Source of the DNA: Candidatus Latescibacterota bacterium
GTDB lineage: Bacteria; Latescibacterota; CBDEFO01
Length of the DNA stretch: 64,000 nt
Assembly (NCBI GenBank): GCA_965237525.1
Contig: CBDEFO010000008.1
Location: forward strand, 416,001 to 480,000
Reading direction: 5' to 3'
The notes beneath the pieces are model-generated. The model was given only the letters and a program-made list of their open reading frames with translations. It was not told where the DNA came from and did no database searches. Shown here one piece after another: positions 20,733 to 30,983 of the stretch; position 1 is the first letter of the stretch, and the number at the start of each line of letters is the position of its first letter. The translations under genes and the position numbers were made by a program.

Positions 20733-21899
20733 CTATACCATTTTTTTCCTCATAAATGTGGGGTAATCTAATTTATCTAAATCCAAGTCGTTTGCTGCTT
20801 CTTCCTCTACCACCTTCTCATTTTCCTGTTCTAATTCCAAGGCCTGCCGGCTCTTTCTTATATAAGTCGGAAGTTCCATAGAACGAGATCTTTGATGCGG
20901 GAGGTCACCTATCTGTACTTCTGCCGACCTATCCTTGTTTTCTGTCTTGTTGAATCCCGTGGCGATGACCGTGACTCTTACCTCATCCCCAAGGGCCTCA
21001 TCTATTACCGCCCCCAGGATGATCTCAGCGTCATCCCCGACCGCCTCGTTAATTACCATTGTAGCGGCGGTAGTCTCGTGCAAAGTTAAATTGCTGCTGC
21101 CCGAAATATTAACAAGGACAGCCTTTGCCCCCTCAATCGAAACATCTTCCAAAAGCGGGTTCTTTATAGCCCTTTCCGCTGCTTCTTCAGCCCTTGTTTC
21201 TCCACCCGCGCACCCTGTCCCCATCAAAGCATCCCCTCCTTCAGACATAACCGTCTTCACATCCGAAAAATCCAGGTTGATGATCCCTGAATAAGCGATC
21301 AGATCCGAAATGCCCTTGGTAGCCTGAAGCAACACGTCATCCGCCATCCTGAAGGCTTCCTGAAGAGGCGTATCCTTAGCCGTTATAGACAGGAGCTTCT
21401 CATTGGGTATAGCTATCAGAGTATCCACCTTTTCCTTTAAATTGGCGATCCCATCATGAGCGTATCTCATCCTCGTCTTTCCCTCGCACACAAACGGCAA
21501 TGTCACAATCCCAATCGTTAGAGCCCCTAAATGCCTGGCTATCTCGGCCACCACAGGAGACGCCCCTGTCCCTGTTCCACCCCCCATCCCAGCTGTCACA
21601 AAGACCAGGTCCGCGTCGGCAAGCCCATCGGCTACCTGATCCCTGTCTTCCTCTATTGCCTGTCTCCCCACGTCCGGCTTTGCTCCCACCCCTAGCCCCC
21701 TTGTCACATTGTTCCCGATCTGCACCTTCTTGTCTGCCAGGGACGGCTCCAAGACCTGATGATCTGTGTTGATAGCTATAAATTCAACTCCTTTAAGCCC
21801 GGCTGTTACCATCCTATTTACAGCGTTTCCGCCCGCTCCCCCCACCCCCACCACTTTCATCTTAGCCCGCACGCCGCTATCTGCGATTACAAAATTCAT
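20733..21899 (-). CDS. ftsZ: Cell division protein FtsZ
   Basis: [28 protein letters not shown]-terminal [11 protein letters not shown] 21899 preferred. Confidence 0.97.
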   Translation of the reverse strand: MNFVIADSGVRAKMKVVGVGGAGGNAVNRMVTAGLKGVEFIAINTDHQVLEPSLADKKVQIGNNVTRGLGVGAKPDVGRQAIEEDRDQVADGLADADLVFVTAGMGGGTGTGASPVVAEIARHLGALTIGIVTLPFVCEGKTRMRYAHDGIANLKEKVDTLIAIPNEKLLSITAKDTPLQEAFRMADDVLLQATKGISDLIAYSGIINLDFSDVKTVMSEGGDALMGTGCAGGETRAEEAAERAIKNPLLEDVSIEGAKAVLVNISGSSNLTLHETTAATMVINEAVGDDAEIILGAVIDEALGDEVRVTVIATGFNKTENKDRSAEVQIGDLPHQRSRSMELPTYIRKSRQALELEQENEKVVEEEAANDLDLDKLDYPTFMRKKMV

Positions 21900-21900
21900 A

Positions 21901-22015
21901 GAATTTAGCGCAGGCGACTCCCACATTAAATAAGTAGACAGTGTACAGTAGACAGCACAGGTAGCGGAGGAGGTGTCCTGTCTACGCCCGACCCCCAATA
22001 GATTCAGTTGGGAGT
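21901..22015. repeat. GTAGACAG element with ftsZ/ftsI-shared leader
   Basis: gaatttagcgcaggcgactccca...agtagacagtgtacagtagacag...ctgtctac. Confidence 0.7.
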
Positions 22016-22115
22016 TCAATCGCGAGATGCTATCTACTTCATTTATGCGGGAGAGGAATGCGCCTTCCCCCTTTCTGAAGTTAGATTCCCCTTGACTATT
22101 AACCTTACTGAAAAC

Positions 22116-23360
22116 TTAGAAAAACTCTTTCAACCATTCTTTCATCCTAACAAATATCGCATCAAATAGTCTATCTCCCCTGACGCCCACCATTGCTCCC
22201 TCTCTCCCTAAGTTCTCAAACCCGTACAACACAAGTCCGACCCCGGTCGAGTACATAGGACTCTTAACCTCATCCACTAACCCGGTTATCCTTTGGGGAG
22301 CTCCCTGCCTTGTCGGCATATCGAACACCTTGCTTGCAAGCTCTAAAGAACCCTTGAGCATAGAACCTCCGCCCGTAAGCACGATCCCTGAAGCCAGAAC
22401 ATTCGTGTAATTCCAATTCTTCTTTATGTCTTCCAGAGCAAGAGTGAATATCTCCTGCATCCTCGGTTCAATTATAGACACTAATTCCACCCCGGGAACC
22501 TCGTGCGGCGGACGACCTCCGATGCCAGGGACGTTTATAGTCTCACCGTTTTCCACCTCGTCCAAAGAAGCGCATCCATATTCCCGCTTGATCTCCTCCG
22601 CCTGACCCCAGGCGGTTCTCAAGCCTATAGCTATGTCGTTCGTAACGTTCTGTCCACCCAAGCCTATCACGCTAGTATGCCGTATGCCACCGTCAAAAAA
22701 TATGGCTATATCCGTGGTACCTCCTCCCACGTCCAAAACCCCAACGCCGATCTCTTTCTCATCTTCGGACAGTACTGCACAGCTCGAAGCTAAGGGCTCT
22801 AATACCACGTCCATAACCTCTATCCCCGCCCTCCTTACGCTCTTAACGATATTCTGCGCCGAAGCCACAGCACCTGTCACAATGTGCACTTCCGCCTCGA
22901 GCCTTATACCCGATATCCCCACAGGATCTTTCACCCCTGACTGATCATCTACTATGAACTCCTGAGGAACAACGTGTATGATCTCCCTGTCTATCGGTAT
23001 CGCTATAGCCTTGGCATGATCTATCACCCGGTTCACGTCTGTCTGTGTGATCTCATTGTCGTTCCCAGTCACAGCCACCACACCCCTGCTGTTAAAACTG
23101 CGAATGTGATCTCCCGCTATCCCCACATAAGCAGAAGACACCTTCACCCCAGCCATCAATTCAGCTTCCCTTACTGCCTTTTCAATCGAATGAACCGTCT
23201 TGTCCACATTTACTACTACGCCGCGCCTCAAGCCGTCCGAGGAGCTATTCCCCACCCCGATTATTTTCAGATCGCCTCCCCCCTGATCCACCTCGGCTAT
23301 TATACCACATATCTTCGTCGTGCCTATGTCAAGACCGACGATCATCTCACCCTTCGCCAT
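22116..23360 (-). CDS. ftsA: Cell division protein FtsA
   Basis: GLDIGTTKI, DVGGGTTD, VLTGGGS. Confidence 0.97.
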   Translation of the reverse strand: MAKGEMIVGLDIGTTKICGIIAEVDQGGGDLKIIGVGNSSSDGLRRGVVVNVDKTVHSIEKAVREAELMAGVKVSSAYVGIAGDHIRSFNSRGVVAVTGNDNEITQTDVNRVIDHAKAIAIPIDREIIHVVPQEFIVDDQSGVKDPVGISGIRLEAEVHIVTGAVASAQNIVKSVRRAGIEVMDVVLEPLASSCAVLSEDEKEIGVGVLDVGGGTTDIAIFFDGGIRHTSVIGLGGQNVTNDIAIGLRTAWGQAEEIKREYGCASLDEVENGETINVPGIGGRPPHEVPGVELVSIIEPRMQEIFTLALEDIKKNWNYTNVLASGIVLTGGGSMLKGSLELASKVFDMPTRQGAPQRITGLVDEVKSPMYSTGVGLVLYGFENLGREGAMVGVRGDRLFDAIFVRMKEWLKEFF

Positions 23361-23384
23361 TCTTCTTCCCCCTCTCCTTTAGAA

Positions 23385-24245
23385 CTATGATCTCCATCCT
23401 GCGACAATCCGTCCTTTAAATGTCAAATCTACATAGACAGGTCTCTCTATATAGTCAATCTGTAGATATTCGAGTAGAGCCCTTAAACTCTTAGCCTGTC
23501 TTTCCACATCATCCCATTTTCCCCTCACCTCAATCTCGTCTCCCACAAGGTAAAACACAACTCTCTGGGGGCTGTCCACCCTTATCTTTGAAATCTGACT
23601 TAGCATCAGCGGGTCTGCCCTTTTGAGCTCCTCAACAAACTTTATACCCTGCACAAGCTTTGCAGAGGAAAGCCGTTCACTAACCCTGTAGTTCTTGTCT
23701 TTTATCCCTGTAAGTATTGGGATATCAGGGAGATCTAAAATGTCCATCTCTGGAAGTAGCACTCCTTCTGCGTCCACCGGATAGAGCCCGTCTAAATCCA
23801 AAAACGCTATCGTCTCCCGCTCCTCCAACGATATTACGACAGTGCTGGGAAGCTTAACAGATACCTCCGCCCTTTTTACCATCGAATGACTCTCTACTTT
23901 GGCCGCCGCTTCCTCAAGATCAATATCGAAGATATTTTCCCCCTCCTCTATCCCTGCACACAAGATAACTTCATAATCTGTCAAAAGCCGATTTCTCTCG
24001 ACTTTGATCGTGTCCACCTTGAAAAAGGACGATTTCAACACATAGGATTTCAGCCTCAAAATCCCGCTTATGCCAATAAAAGCCGCAAAGAGAATCAAAA
24101 TGAGCTTCCTACGGGCATGCCGCCGCCGCATACTATATATAGCAGAGTCCTTCCTGCCTATCCCCGGCTTCGGGATCTTGTACCCCTTCTTATCCCGACG
24201 CGCCATCGTCTGTCTCTTTGTATATATCCTTTGACCAAGATTCAT
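23385..24245 (-). CDS. ftsQ: Cell division protein FtsQ
   Basis: Basic N-terminus, one TM, POTRA region, YVDL; position in the dcw cluster. Confidence 0.88.
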   Translation of the reverse strand: MNLGQRIYTKRQTMARRDKKGYKIPKPGIGRKDSAIYSMRRRHARRKLILILFAAFIGISGILRLKSYVLKSSFFKVDTIKVERNRLLTDYEVILCAGIEEGENIFDIDLEEAAAKVESHSMVKRAEVSVKLPSTVVISLEERETIAFLDLDGLYPVDAEGVLLPEMDILDLPDIPILTGIKDKNYRVSERLSSAKLVQGIKFVEELKRADPLMLSQISKIRVDSPQRVVFYLVGDEIEVRGKWDDVERQAKSLRALLEYLQIDYIERPVYVDLTFKGRIVAGWRS

Positions 24246-24267
24246 AAACCTAAAGTCCCCGGGGCTT

Positions 24268-25662
24268 CTATGCCTTATTGCTCAGTAAATCCAACAGTCC
24301 CTCCGCTACTGAACCGATGTCTCCTGCACCCAAGGTTATGACAAGGTCCCCCGGCCTTACAATCTCCATCAACCTATATGGTATCTCGTCCTTATCGTTA
24401 ATGTACATAACTGAAGGATGACCGGAAGACCTTGCATAATCAACTATCAGTTCCCCGTTTACTCCTTCTATCGGCTCCTCTCTTGCCGTGTATATGTCAG
24501 TTATAACCGCTATATTGGCATCCTGGAAAGCCCGTCCGAAGTCCTGGCACAGCTTCAAAGTCCTGCTGTAGAGGTGAGGTTGAAAAACAGCTACCACCCT
24601 TGCTGCCCCCGTGTCTTTAGCGCACCCTAATGCAGCTTTTATCTCTGTGGGATGATGAGCATAGTCATCCACTACTGTTATCCCTGCTATTTGCCCTTTA
24701 TGTTCAAATCTCCGACTGACTCCTTGAAAACCCTCAAGCGATCCTCTTATCGTATCGAAGTCTATCTTCACCTCAAAACCTACAGCTATAGCTCCCAGAG
24801 CGTTTCTTACATTGTGAACCCCCGGATGACCTATATGAATATCTCCCATATCCGCACCCCGCACCTCCAGACCGAAATCAGCCTCAAATCCACGCACTCG
24901 GACATTCTTCGCCCGAAAGTCATTCCCCTCTGATATGCCGTACGTCACGATCCTGCTTCCGATCTGGGATGCAATATCCAATAGATTCTTATCATCTGCG
25001 CAAAGGATTACCCAACCATCTTTAGAGATCCTCCTGGTGTACTCCAAAAAAGCCGATTTGATCTGGCCTATGTCCCGGTAAGAGTCAAGATGCTCTAAAT
25101 CTATCGAAGTCAAGACGCAAAAAGTCGGATAAAGCTTCAAGAATGACCTGTCGAACTCATCTGCCTCGACCACCATCCATTCTCCAGACGGCTTCGGTGT
25201 TCGACTTCCAAGCCACGCGTTTGTTCCGAGATTCTGGATCTGTCCTCCAACTACCACAGTCGGATCAAATCCGCCCTCCAACAGTATAAGAGCTATCATG
25301 GCCGACACAGTAGTCTTTCCGTGTGTCCCCGCTATCCCTATACTTTTTTTGCCCTCCATCAGCCAATTCAACATCTCAGCTCTATGCAGGATCTGTATTG
25401 CCCTTTTTTGCGCCTCCTCTATTTCAGCATTGCAAAGCGGCACCGCGGACGAAAAGACAACAACATCGGCATCTCCTATGTTGGAAGCCCTGTGTCCCTC
25501 AAAGACTGTAGCCCCCTGTGATTCCAACCTATCCGTTATCTCTGTTCTTTTCAGATCCGACCCCGAAACAGCGCATCCCATCTCCAAGATCACCTGTGCA
25601 ATCCCACTCATTCCCGCTCCGCCGATGCCCACAAAATGGACCCTCTTAATTGCCCAGAGCAT
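24268..25662 (-). CDS. murC: UDP-N-acetylmuramate-L-alanine ligase
   Basis: HFVGIGGAGMSG, GTHGKTT, EADEFD, DDYAHHPTE. Confidence 0.97.
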   Translation of the reverse strand: MLWAIKRVHFVGIGGAGMSGIAQVILEMGCAVSGSDLKRTEITDRLESQGATVFEGHRASNIGDADVVVFSSAVPLCNAEIEEAQKRAIQILHRAEMLNWLMEGKKSIGIAGTHGKTTVSAMIALILLEGGFDPTVVVGGQIQNLGTNAWLGSRTPKPSGEWMVVEADEFDRSFLKLYPTFCVLTSIDLEHLDSYRDIGQIKSAFLEYTRRISKDGWVILCADDKNLLDIASQIGSRIVTYGISEGNDFRAKNVRVRGFEADFGLEVRGADMGDIHIGHPGVHNVRNALGAIAVGFEVKIDFDTIRGSLEGFQGVSRRFEHKGQIAGITVVDDYAHHPTEIKAALGCAKDTGAARVVAVFQPHLYSRTLKLCQDFGRAFQDANIAVITDIYTAREEPIEGVNGELIVDYARSSGHPSVMYINDKDEIPYRLMEIVRPGDLVITLGAGDIGSVAEGLLDLLSNKA

Positions 25663-25694
25663 TGCTCTACAAGTCCCGCTTTTGATGCAAGATC

Positions 25695-26825
25695 TTAATC
25701 CTGCGTTTGAATATGATCATGTTGCTTTATCAACCCCGCCTCGTATATCGAATCCACGATCTTACGTGCCGCCTCCGGCTCTGCCAACATCTTGCTTTTT
25801 TTTCCCATGCCCTCCAAAGAACTTCTATCGCTCAAGAGATACAAAATCTCCTTTTCGAGCCTCTCTCCGCTAAGATCCTCGTCCAGGATAAGGCTCGCCG
25901 CACCGAACCTGACCATGGACTCAGCGTTCTTCTGCTGATGATTTGCCGCAGCGGACGGAAGAGGTATAAGTATGGCCGGTAGTCCACACCGATTAAGATC
26001 TGCTATGGTCATCCCACCTGCGCGAGTCACTGCAAGATCTGCAGCCCCTAAGGCCTCAACCATGTTGTGTATAAAGTACCTAACCACTACCGGCACTTTT
26101 CTTGAAGTCACTTCTCTCTTCACGTGGCTGTAGTCTTTCTTCCCCGTCTGCCATATTATCTGGAGGTCCTCCACTTCGGAGAGCCTGTCTAGAGCCTCTA
26201 TCAAAGCCACATTGATACTGTGCGCTCCCTGGCTCCCCCCGAAGACTATGACCGTCCTCTTCTCCTCATCCAGACCCAGAGTCCTCCTCGCCTCTTCCTT
26301 ATCTATCGAGTTCAATTCCTGCCGTGTCGGATTTCCGCTTAGAATAAGGTTGTCCGTTCTCTTGAAATATTCCGCGGACTTCAGATACGAAAGATGCACC
26401 TGCCGCGCTATCCTCGAAAGGAGCCTTGTTGTGAGGCCAGGATAGATATTCTGCTCGTGAATTACACAGGGCAGTCTCAACAGATAAGCCGCCAAGATCA
26501 CCGGACCGCTCACATATCCTCCTGTGCCCACAGCTAAGGATGGCCTGAATCGCCTCAGAATCGCTATAGCCTCCAAAAGTCCTGTAAAGACTACGAACGG
26601 GAACTTGATTGTATCAAGAGAAGCCTGTCTTCTGAAGCCCATAGCCGATATAGTCACTATCCGATAGCCCGCCAGCGGAACCGTCCCCATCTCCACACCC
26701 CTTTTTGTGCCCACAAATAGAATTTCGGTCTCGGGCTCTCTCCTTTTTATCTCATCAGCGATAGCTATAGCGGGAAAGACATGTCCCCCTGTACCACCCC
26801 CTGCGATAGCGACCCTCACCACCAT
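25695..26825 (-). CDS. murG: MurG glycosyltransferase
   Basis: GGGTGGHVFP, HEQN, GGSQGA, HQQKNA. Confidence 0.97.
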   Translation of the reverse strand: MVVRVAIAGGGTGGHVFPAIAIADEIKRREPETEILFVGTKRGVEMGTVPLAGYRIVTISAMGFRRQASLDTIKFPFVVFTGLLEAIAILRRFRPSLAVGTGGYVSGPVILAAYLLRLPCVIHEQNIYPGLTTRLLSRIARQVHLSYLKSAEYFKRTDNLILSGNPTRQELNSIDKEEARRTLGLDEEKRTVIVFGGSQGAHSINVALIEALDRLSEVEDLQIIWQTGKKDYSHVKREVTSRKVPVVVRYFIHNMVEALGAADLAVTRAGGMTIADLNRCGLPAILIPLPSAAANHQQKNAESMVRFGAASLILDEDLSGERLEKEILYLLSDRSSLEGMGKKSKMLAEPEAARKIVDSIYEAGLIKQHDHIQTQD

Positions 26826-27970
26826 CTTGGACCCGACTTTCGAAGATCCATTCGCATGTCTTCTACACTGTGGCTCTGTCTGTATATATTAAGCAGAATC
26901 CCTGTGCCTATCATCATCGAGATTAAGGAAGAGCCCCCATAGCTGACGAACGGCAGAGGCAGTCCCGTAGTAGGAAGAAGATTTGTGACTACTCCCATAT
27001 TGATGGCCGCGTACACCCCTACTACAGCTGTTATCCCCACAGCCAGGAGAAATCCCTCAAGGTCCAGAGCGTTTCTAGCGATCCGGATGCCTTTTATCAC
27101 AAAAACTCCGAATAAACACAACACGAACATTGTCCCCACAAGCCCTAACTCCTCGCCCACGACAGAAAACACAAAATCAGTGTGCGGCTCCGGCAGAAAC
27201 AACAACTTCTGCTTGCTATTTCCGAAGCCCTGTCCAAATATCCCACCACTTCCCAATCCCAGAAGTGACTGATCAATCTGATAACTTACTCCTTTTGTAT
27301 CGTGAGTAATGTTTAAAAACGCCTGCATCCTGTCTCTCCTGTAATCCACCTGAAATATCAGCAGATACAAAACAGGTAAGATCACCAACCCCACACCCAA
27401 CAGATGTGAAAGCCTTGCGCCTCCTACGAACAGTAGAATAGAGACCACTATGCCAATAGCCACAGCCGTCCCCAAATTCGGCTGAATTACAATCAATCCC
27501 AAAGCAAAAGTCACAACTATAAGATAGGGCAAGAGTCCCTTGAAAAAGTGCCCCATATATCTTCGGCGTCGGACTAGAACATCTGCTGTATATATAACAA
27601 GTATGATCTTAATAAACTCTGAAGGCTGAAAAGAGCCCCACGAAGACACCCTTATCCACCGGCTGGCTCCATTTATCTCCCCTCCCACAAAAAATTTATA
27701 GATACAGAGCGCGAAAAGTGCCAATAATCCAAATGAAAGCGCAACTTTCGAATTCCTCAGCCAGAACCTGTAATCTATCCTCCTTACTATCAACAGAAAA
27801 GCTATCCCGACTACTGTCCTTATTACCTGCCTTTCCAGAAAAAAGCTGCTGCTTTCAAACCTCTCCATTGCCAGAGCCGCGCTCGAACTATAGACAAACA
27901 CCTGTCCCAATCCCACCAAAATCAACGTCAGAGACATCAAAAGTTTGTCGGTCCTGTCTTCCTTTTCCAT
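26816..27970 (-). CDS. ftsW: SEDS protein FtsW
   Basis: RWI, QPSEF, FLPEPHTDF, LPFVSYGGSS. Confidence 0.96.
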   Translation of the reverse strand: MEKEDRTDKLLMSLTLILVGLGQVFVYSSSAALAMERFESSSFFLERQVIRTVVGIAFLLIVRRIDYRFWLRNSKVALSFGLLALFALCIYKFFVGGEINGASRWIRVSSWGSFQPSEFIKIILVIYTADVLVRRRRYMGHFFKGLLPYLIVVTFALGLIVIQPNLGTAVAIGIVVSILLFVGGARLSHLLGVGLVILPVLYLLIFQVDYRRDRMQAFLNITHDTKGVSYQIDQSLLGLGSGGIFGQGFGNSKQKLLFLPEPHTDFVFSVVGEELGLVGTMFVLCLFGVFVIKGIRIARNALDLEGFLLAVGITAVVGVYAAINMGVVTNLLPTTGLPLPFVSYGGSSLISMMIGTGILLNIYRQSHSVEDMRMDLRKSGPRWW

Positions 27971-27984
27971 CCGCCTAACTGAAA

Positions 27985-28062
27985 GATTACTTCGTGCTGT
28001 TCCATTGACATTGCTCGGCTTCGACCTTCATTCATTCCGAGGGGCAAAACGCCGAAGCAATC
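27985..28062. repeat. Degenerate palindromic repeat at the usual murD position
   Basis: GATTACTTCG...CGAAGCAATC inverted arms. Confidence 0.55.
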
Positions 28063-28076
28063 CCCGACTATTGTTC

Positions 28077-29198
28077 TTATCGTATCTTCAAGGTGCTCAA
28101 ACCCACCAGCGCAAGAAGGATGCCTATTATCCAGAATCTGACGATGACCTGAGACTCAGTCCAGCCTTTTAATTCGAAGTGATGATGTATCGGAGCCATA
28201 AGAAAGACGCGCTTGCCTCGCCTTTTGAACGAAATCACCTGAAGCATGACTGACACCACCTCCGCCACAAAGATACCCCCTATCACAGGTAAAAGGAGCT
28301 CCTTTTTTATCAAGATAGCCACTGTCCCCAAGGAACCTCCCAAAGATAGAGCCCCCGTGTCCCCCATCCAGATCTTGGCAGGCGGAGAATTATACCATAA
28401 AAAACCCAAGGCTCCTCCCACTGCGCTCAGACAGAATACGCTCAACTCTCCGCTGCCCGGAAGGTATAATATATTCAAATATCCTGTAAAATCAACGCGT
28501 CCTGCTATGTATCCTATAACCGCAAAGGCGCTGAACGCTATCCCCACAAGCCCTGCAGCAAGGCCATCCAGTCCGTCTGTCAAATTCACAGCGTTGGAGG
28601 TCCCTGTGATCACCAAAGCTACAAACAAAATGTATATCCACCCGAAGGAGAGGCCAAAAAGTTCAAAGTCGAAGTTTATGATATGATTTTTGAAGAAGGG
28701 GAGCTCAGTTGTAGTCGCCAGTCTTGCTTCTTCGGGGGAAATGGACACCGCATATAGAAATACCCCTATAGATAAGCCTAAAATCATCTGACCTGCCAGT
28801 TTATATCTTCCGATCAAGCCCTTAGGAACCTTCTTTACCGCCCCCAGATAATCGTCAATAAAGCCGATTGCACCGAGCCACAGGGTAGAGAAAAGAACTA
28901 TGAGGATATAGGTGTTATTCAAACGTGCCCAAAGGAGCGTGGATATAGTTATCGCCAAAAGGATAATTATCCCGCCCATCGTAGGAGTCCCCTCTTTAGC
29001 AAGGTGCCCGGGAGGACCATCTTCCCTTACTTTCGGCTGCACCTTAAAGCTCTTCAACTTTCTTATGACATAAGGAGCTACAACAAGACTGATCAAAAGA
29101 GCAGTTATCGTCGCTCCGGCCGCCCTGAAGCTAATAAACCTAAATATCCCGAATCCCGGTAAAGTATCTCTTAAGGGATAAAACAGATGATAGAACAA
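28077..29198 (-). CDS. mraY: Phospho-N-acetylmuramoyl-pentapeptide transferase
   Basis: TPTMGG, NAVNLTDGLDGL, MGDTG, MAPIHHHFE. Confidence 0.97.
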   Translation of the reverse strand: MFYHLFYPLRDTLPGFGIFRFISFRAAGATITALLISLVVAPYVIRKLKSFKVQPKVREDGPPGHLAKEGTPTMGGIIILLAITISTLLWARLNNTYILIVLFSTLWLGAIGFIDDYLGAVKKVPKGLIGRYKLAGQMILGLSIGVFLYAVSISPEEARLATTTELPFFKNHIINFDFELFGLSFGWIYILFVALVITGTSNAVNLTDGLDGLAAGLVGIAFSAFAVIGYIAGRVDFTGYLNILYLPGSGELSVFCLSAVGGALGFLWYNSPPAKIWMGDTGALSLGGSLGTVAILIKKELLLPVIGGIFVAEVVSVMLQVISFKRRGKRVFLMAPIHHHFELKGWTESQVIVRFWIIGILLALVGLSTLKIR

Positions 29199-29216
29199 CC
29201 TTCCTCCTTCGAAAAA

Positions 29217-30611
29217 CTACAGATCCAGTTCCTCCACAATCTCCTCCATCTTCATCCCTCTTGATCCCTTTATCAACACGACATCTCCTTTTTTGAGGAT
29301 GTTCTTTAGATACAAACTTAAGGCCTCTTTAACCTCAAAATGCTGGACATTCTCCTTGCTCATCCCTTCCTCCAGAGTTCCGACGCACATCTCCAGAGAA
29401 AGAGGTCCGAGCGCCAAAAGACGATCTATCTTGGATAGCCCGGCGTACCTGCCCACTTCCCTGTGAAGGTCTGGGCCCCTTTCCCCCATCTCCAACATGT
29501 CCCCCAAAACAGCTATCCTTCGCCCTCCCACACCAACTTCCATCCGGGAGAGTGTATCCAGTGCCGCCTTGCACGAGAGAGGATTGGAGTTGTAGGCATC
29601 GTCAATGACTTTCACGCCCTTCTTATGTATCAGTTTCATCCTCATAGGTGAAGGGCGGCAATTCTCCAGAGCCATCTTAATAGTCCCCATATCGAGCCCG
29701 AAATAGTCTCCCACAGCGGCGGCAGCCAGGGCGTTATAGACACTGTGTTTTCCAGGCAGGGCCAACCCAATCTGTGTTCCCAGAAGTGAAAATTGCGCGC
29801 ACCCGTTCCGGTCAAATCTGAGTTCTCTGCATCGAAAGTGGCTTTCCCTTTCGATGCTGAAACCAAGGAGTCTCCCCTTTATCGTATCTCTCTCCTTGTC
29901 CAAAATATCATCATCGAAGTTCAAGATAGCAGTTGACGATTTGTCCAGATATTCTAAAAGTTCCCATTTAGTGGCTGCGACATTCTCCAGCGATCCGAAG
30001 AACTCCAGATGAGCTGGCCCTATGTTTGTTATCATTCCTATGTTCGGATCAGCTATTCGGCAGAGATTAGTTATCCCGCCGGGCTCAGTTGCACCTAACT
30101 CCAAAACAGCAACTTCGTGCTCATCCGAAAGATTGAAGATAGTAAGAGGCAAACCGATTTTTGTGTTCAAATTCCCCTGTGTTTTTAAAACCCTGTATTT
30201 CGACGATAGGACATCGGCCGTCATTTCCTTCGTGGTCGTCTTGCCAGCGGTCCCCGTCACGGCTACCGTGGGGATCGAAAATCGCTTTCGACAGCTCTTT
30301 CCCAACAACCCCAAAGCTGAGATTGTATCTGCAACCCCGATTATGAACCTATCGCCTATCTTTGAACGATTGGCGTCCACCCAGGACCGAGAAGCCACGA
30401 CTCCACAGGCGTCCTTTTTGAAAGCATCAGCGATAAAGTCGTGCCCGTCGAACCTATTCCCCTTGATAGCGAAGAAAATCTCCCCTTCCTTTGAAGTCCG
30501 GGAATCTATCGAGACGCCCTTGGGTATCTTTCTTAAAAAAGATACATCCACTCCCTCTGCCGTTTCGCCATCTACTTCCTTACAGATGTCCTCTAAGCTT
30601 ATCTCTAACAT
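29217..30611 (-). CDS. murF: MurF ligase
   Basis: IDSR, GTAGKTTTKE, DDAYNSNP, KGSRGM; ATG 30611 preferred. Confidence 0.95.
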   Translation of the reverse strand: MLEISLEDICKEVDGETAEGVDVSFLRKIPKGVSIDSRTSKEGEIFFAIKGNRFDGHDFIADAFKKDACGVVASRSWVDANRSKIGDRFIIGVADTISALGLLGKSCRKRFSIPTVAVTGTAGKTTTKEMTADVLSSKYRVLKTQGNLNTKIGLPLTIFNLSDEHEVAVLELGATEPGGITNLCRIADPNIGMITNIGPAHLEFFGSLENVAATKWELLEYLDKSSTAILNFDDDILDKERDTIKGRLLGFSIERESHFRCRELRFDRNGCAQFSLLGTQIGLALPGKHSVYNALAAAAVGDYFGLDMGTIKMALENCRPSPMRMKLIHKKGVKVIDDAYNSNPLSCKAALDTLSRMEVGVGGRRIAVLGDMLEMGERGPDLHREVGRYAGLSKIDRLLALGPLSLEMCVGTLEEGMSKENVQHFEVKEALSLYLKNILKKGDVVLIKGSRGMKMEEIVEELDL

Positions 30612-30795
30612 CTCCAGAGTTGATCTTAAACGTGGTAATAATGTCCTTGCAAACATCGCAAATTGACCGAGTCACGCTTTTCGCGTCGATCTTATTGCCC
30701 TTGTAATAGGGATTATCAGGATCGATCTTATGGGGATATGACTCCCATTTGCCCTCTCTTGCTACTGCATTGCACCATTGGCACTGAATGATCAT
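30580..30795 (-). CDS. Small putative Zn-binding protein (CxxC...CxxC), 71 aa
   Basis: GGAGG upstream; CQWC and SICDVC motifs; overlaps the murF start. Confidence 0.55.
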   Translation of the reverse strand: MIIQCQWCNAVAREGKWESYPHKIDPDNPYYKGNKIDAKSVTRSICDVCKDIITTFKINSGDVRDKLRGHL

Positions 30796-30908
30796 CTTTC
30801 TTAGAATCCCTCCCTCAAGGGCTCCCCTTTTCACTCATTCAAGCGCAAGGTAAAGCTTCAGCTCTCAAAGCAGCAAGATTTGGTAATCCCATCAAGTTTC
30901 CTGAGTTC

Positions 30909-30935
30909 GTAAGGGTGGGACAGTCCCGCCCTTAC
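30909..30935. repeat. REP-like palindrome
   Basis: GTAAGGGTGGGA-CAG-TCCCGCCCTTAC. Confidence 0.65.
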
Positions 30936-30983
30936 ATCTATGGTAAGTAGTAGTAGATAGCTCGTGGGGATGTTTTCAACTGC

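Noticed and set aside
21900..22019. 41-aa N-terminal extension of FtsZ
   Set aside because: It is a read-through of the palindromic element and is not FtsZ-like
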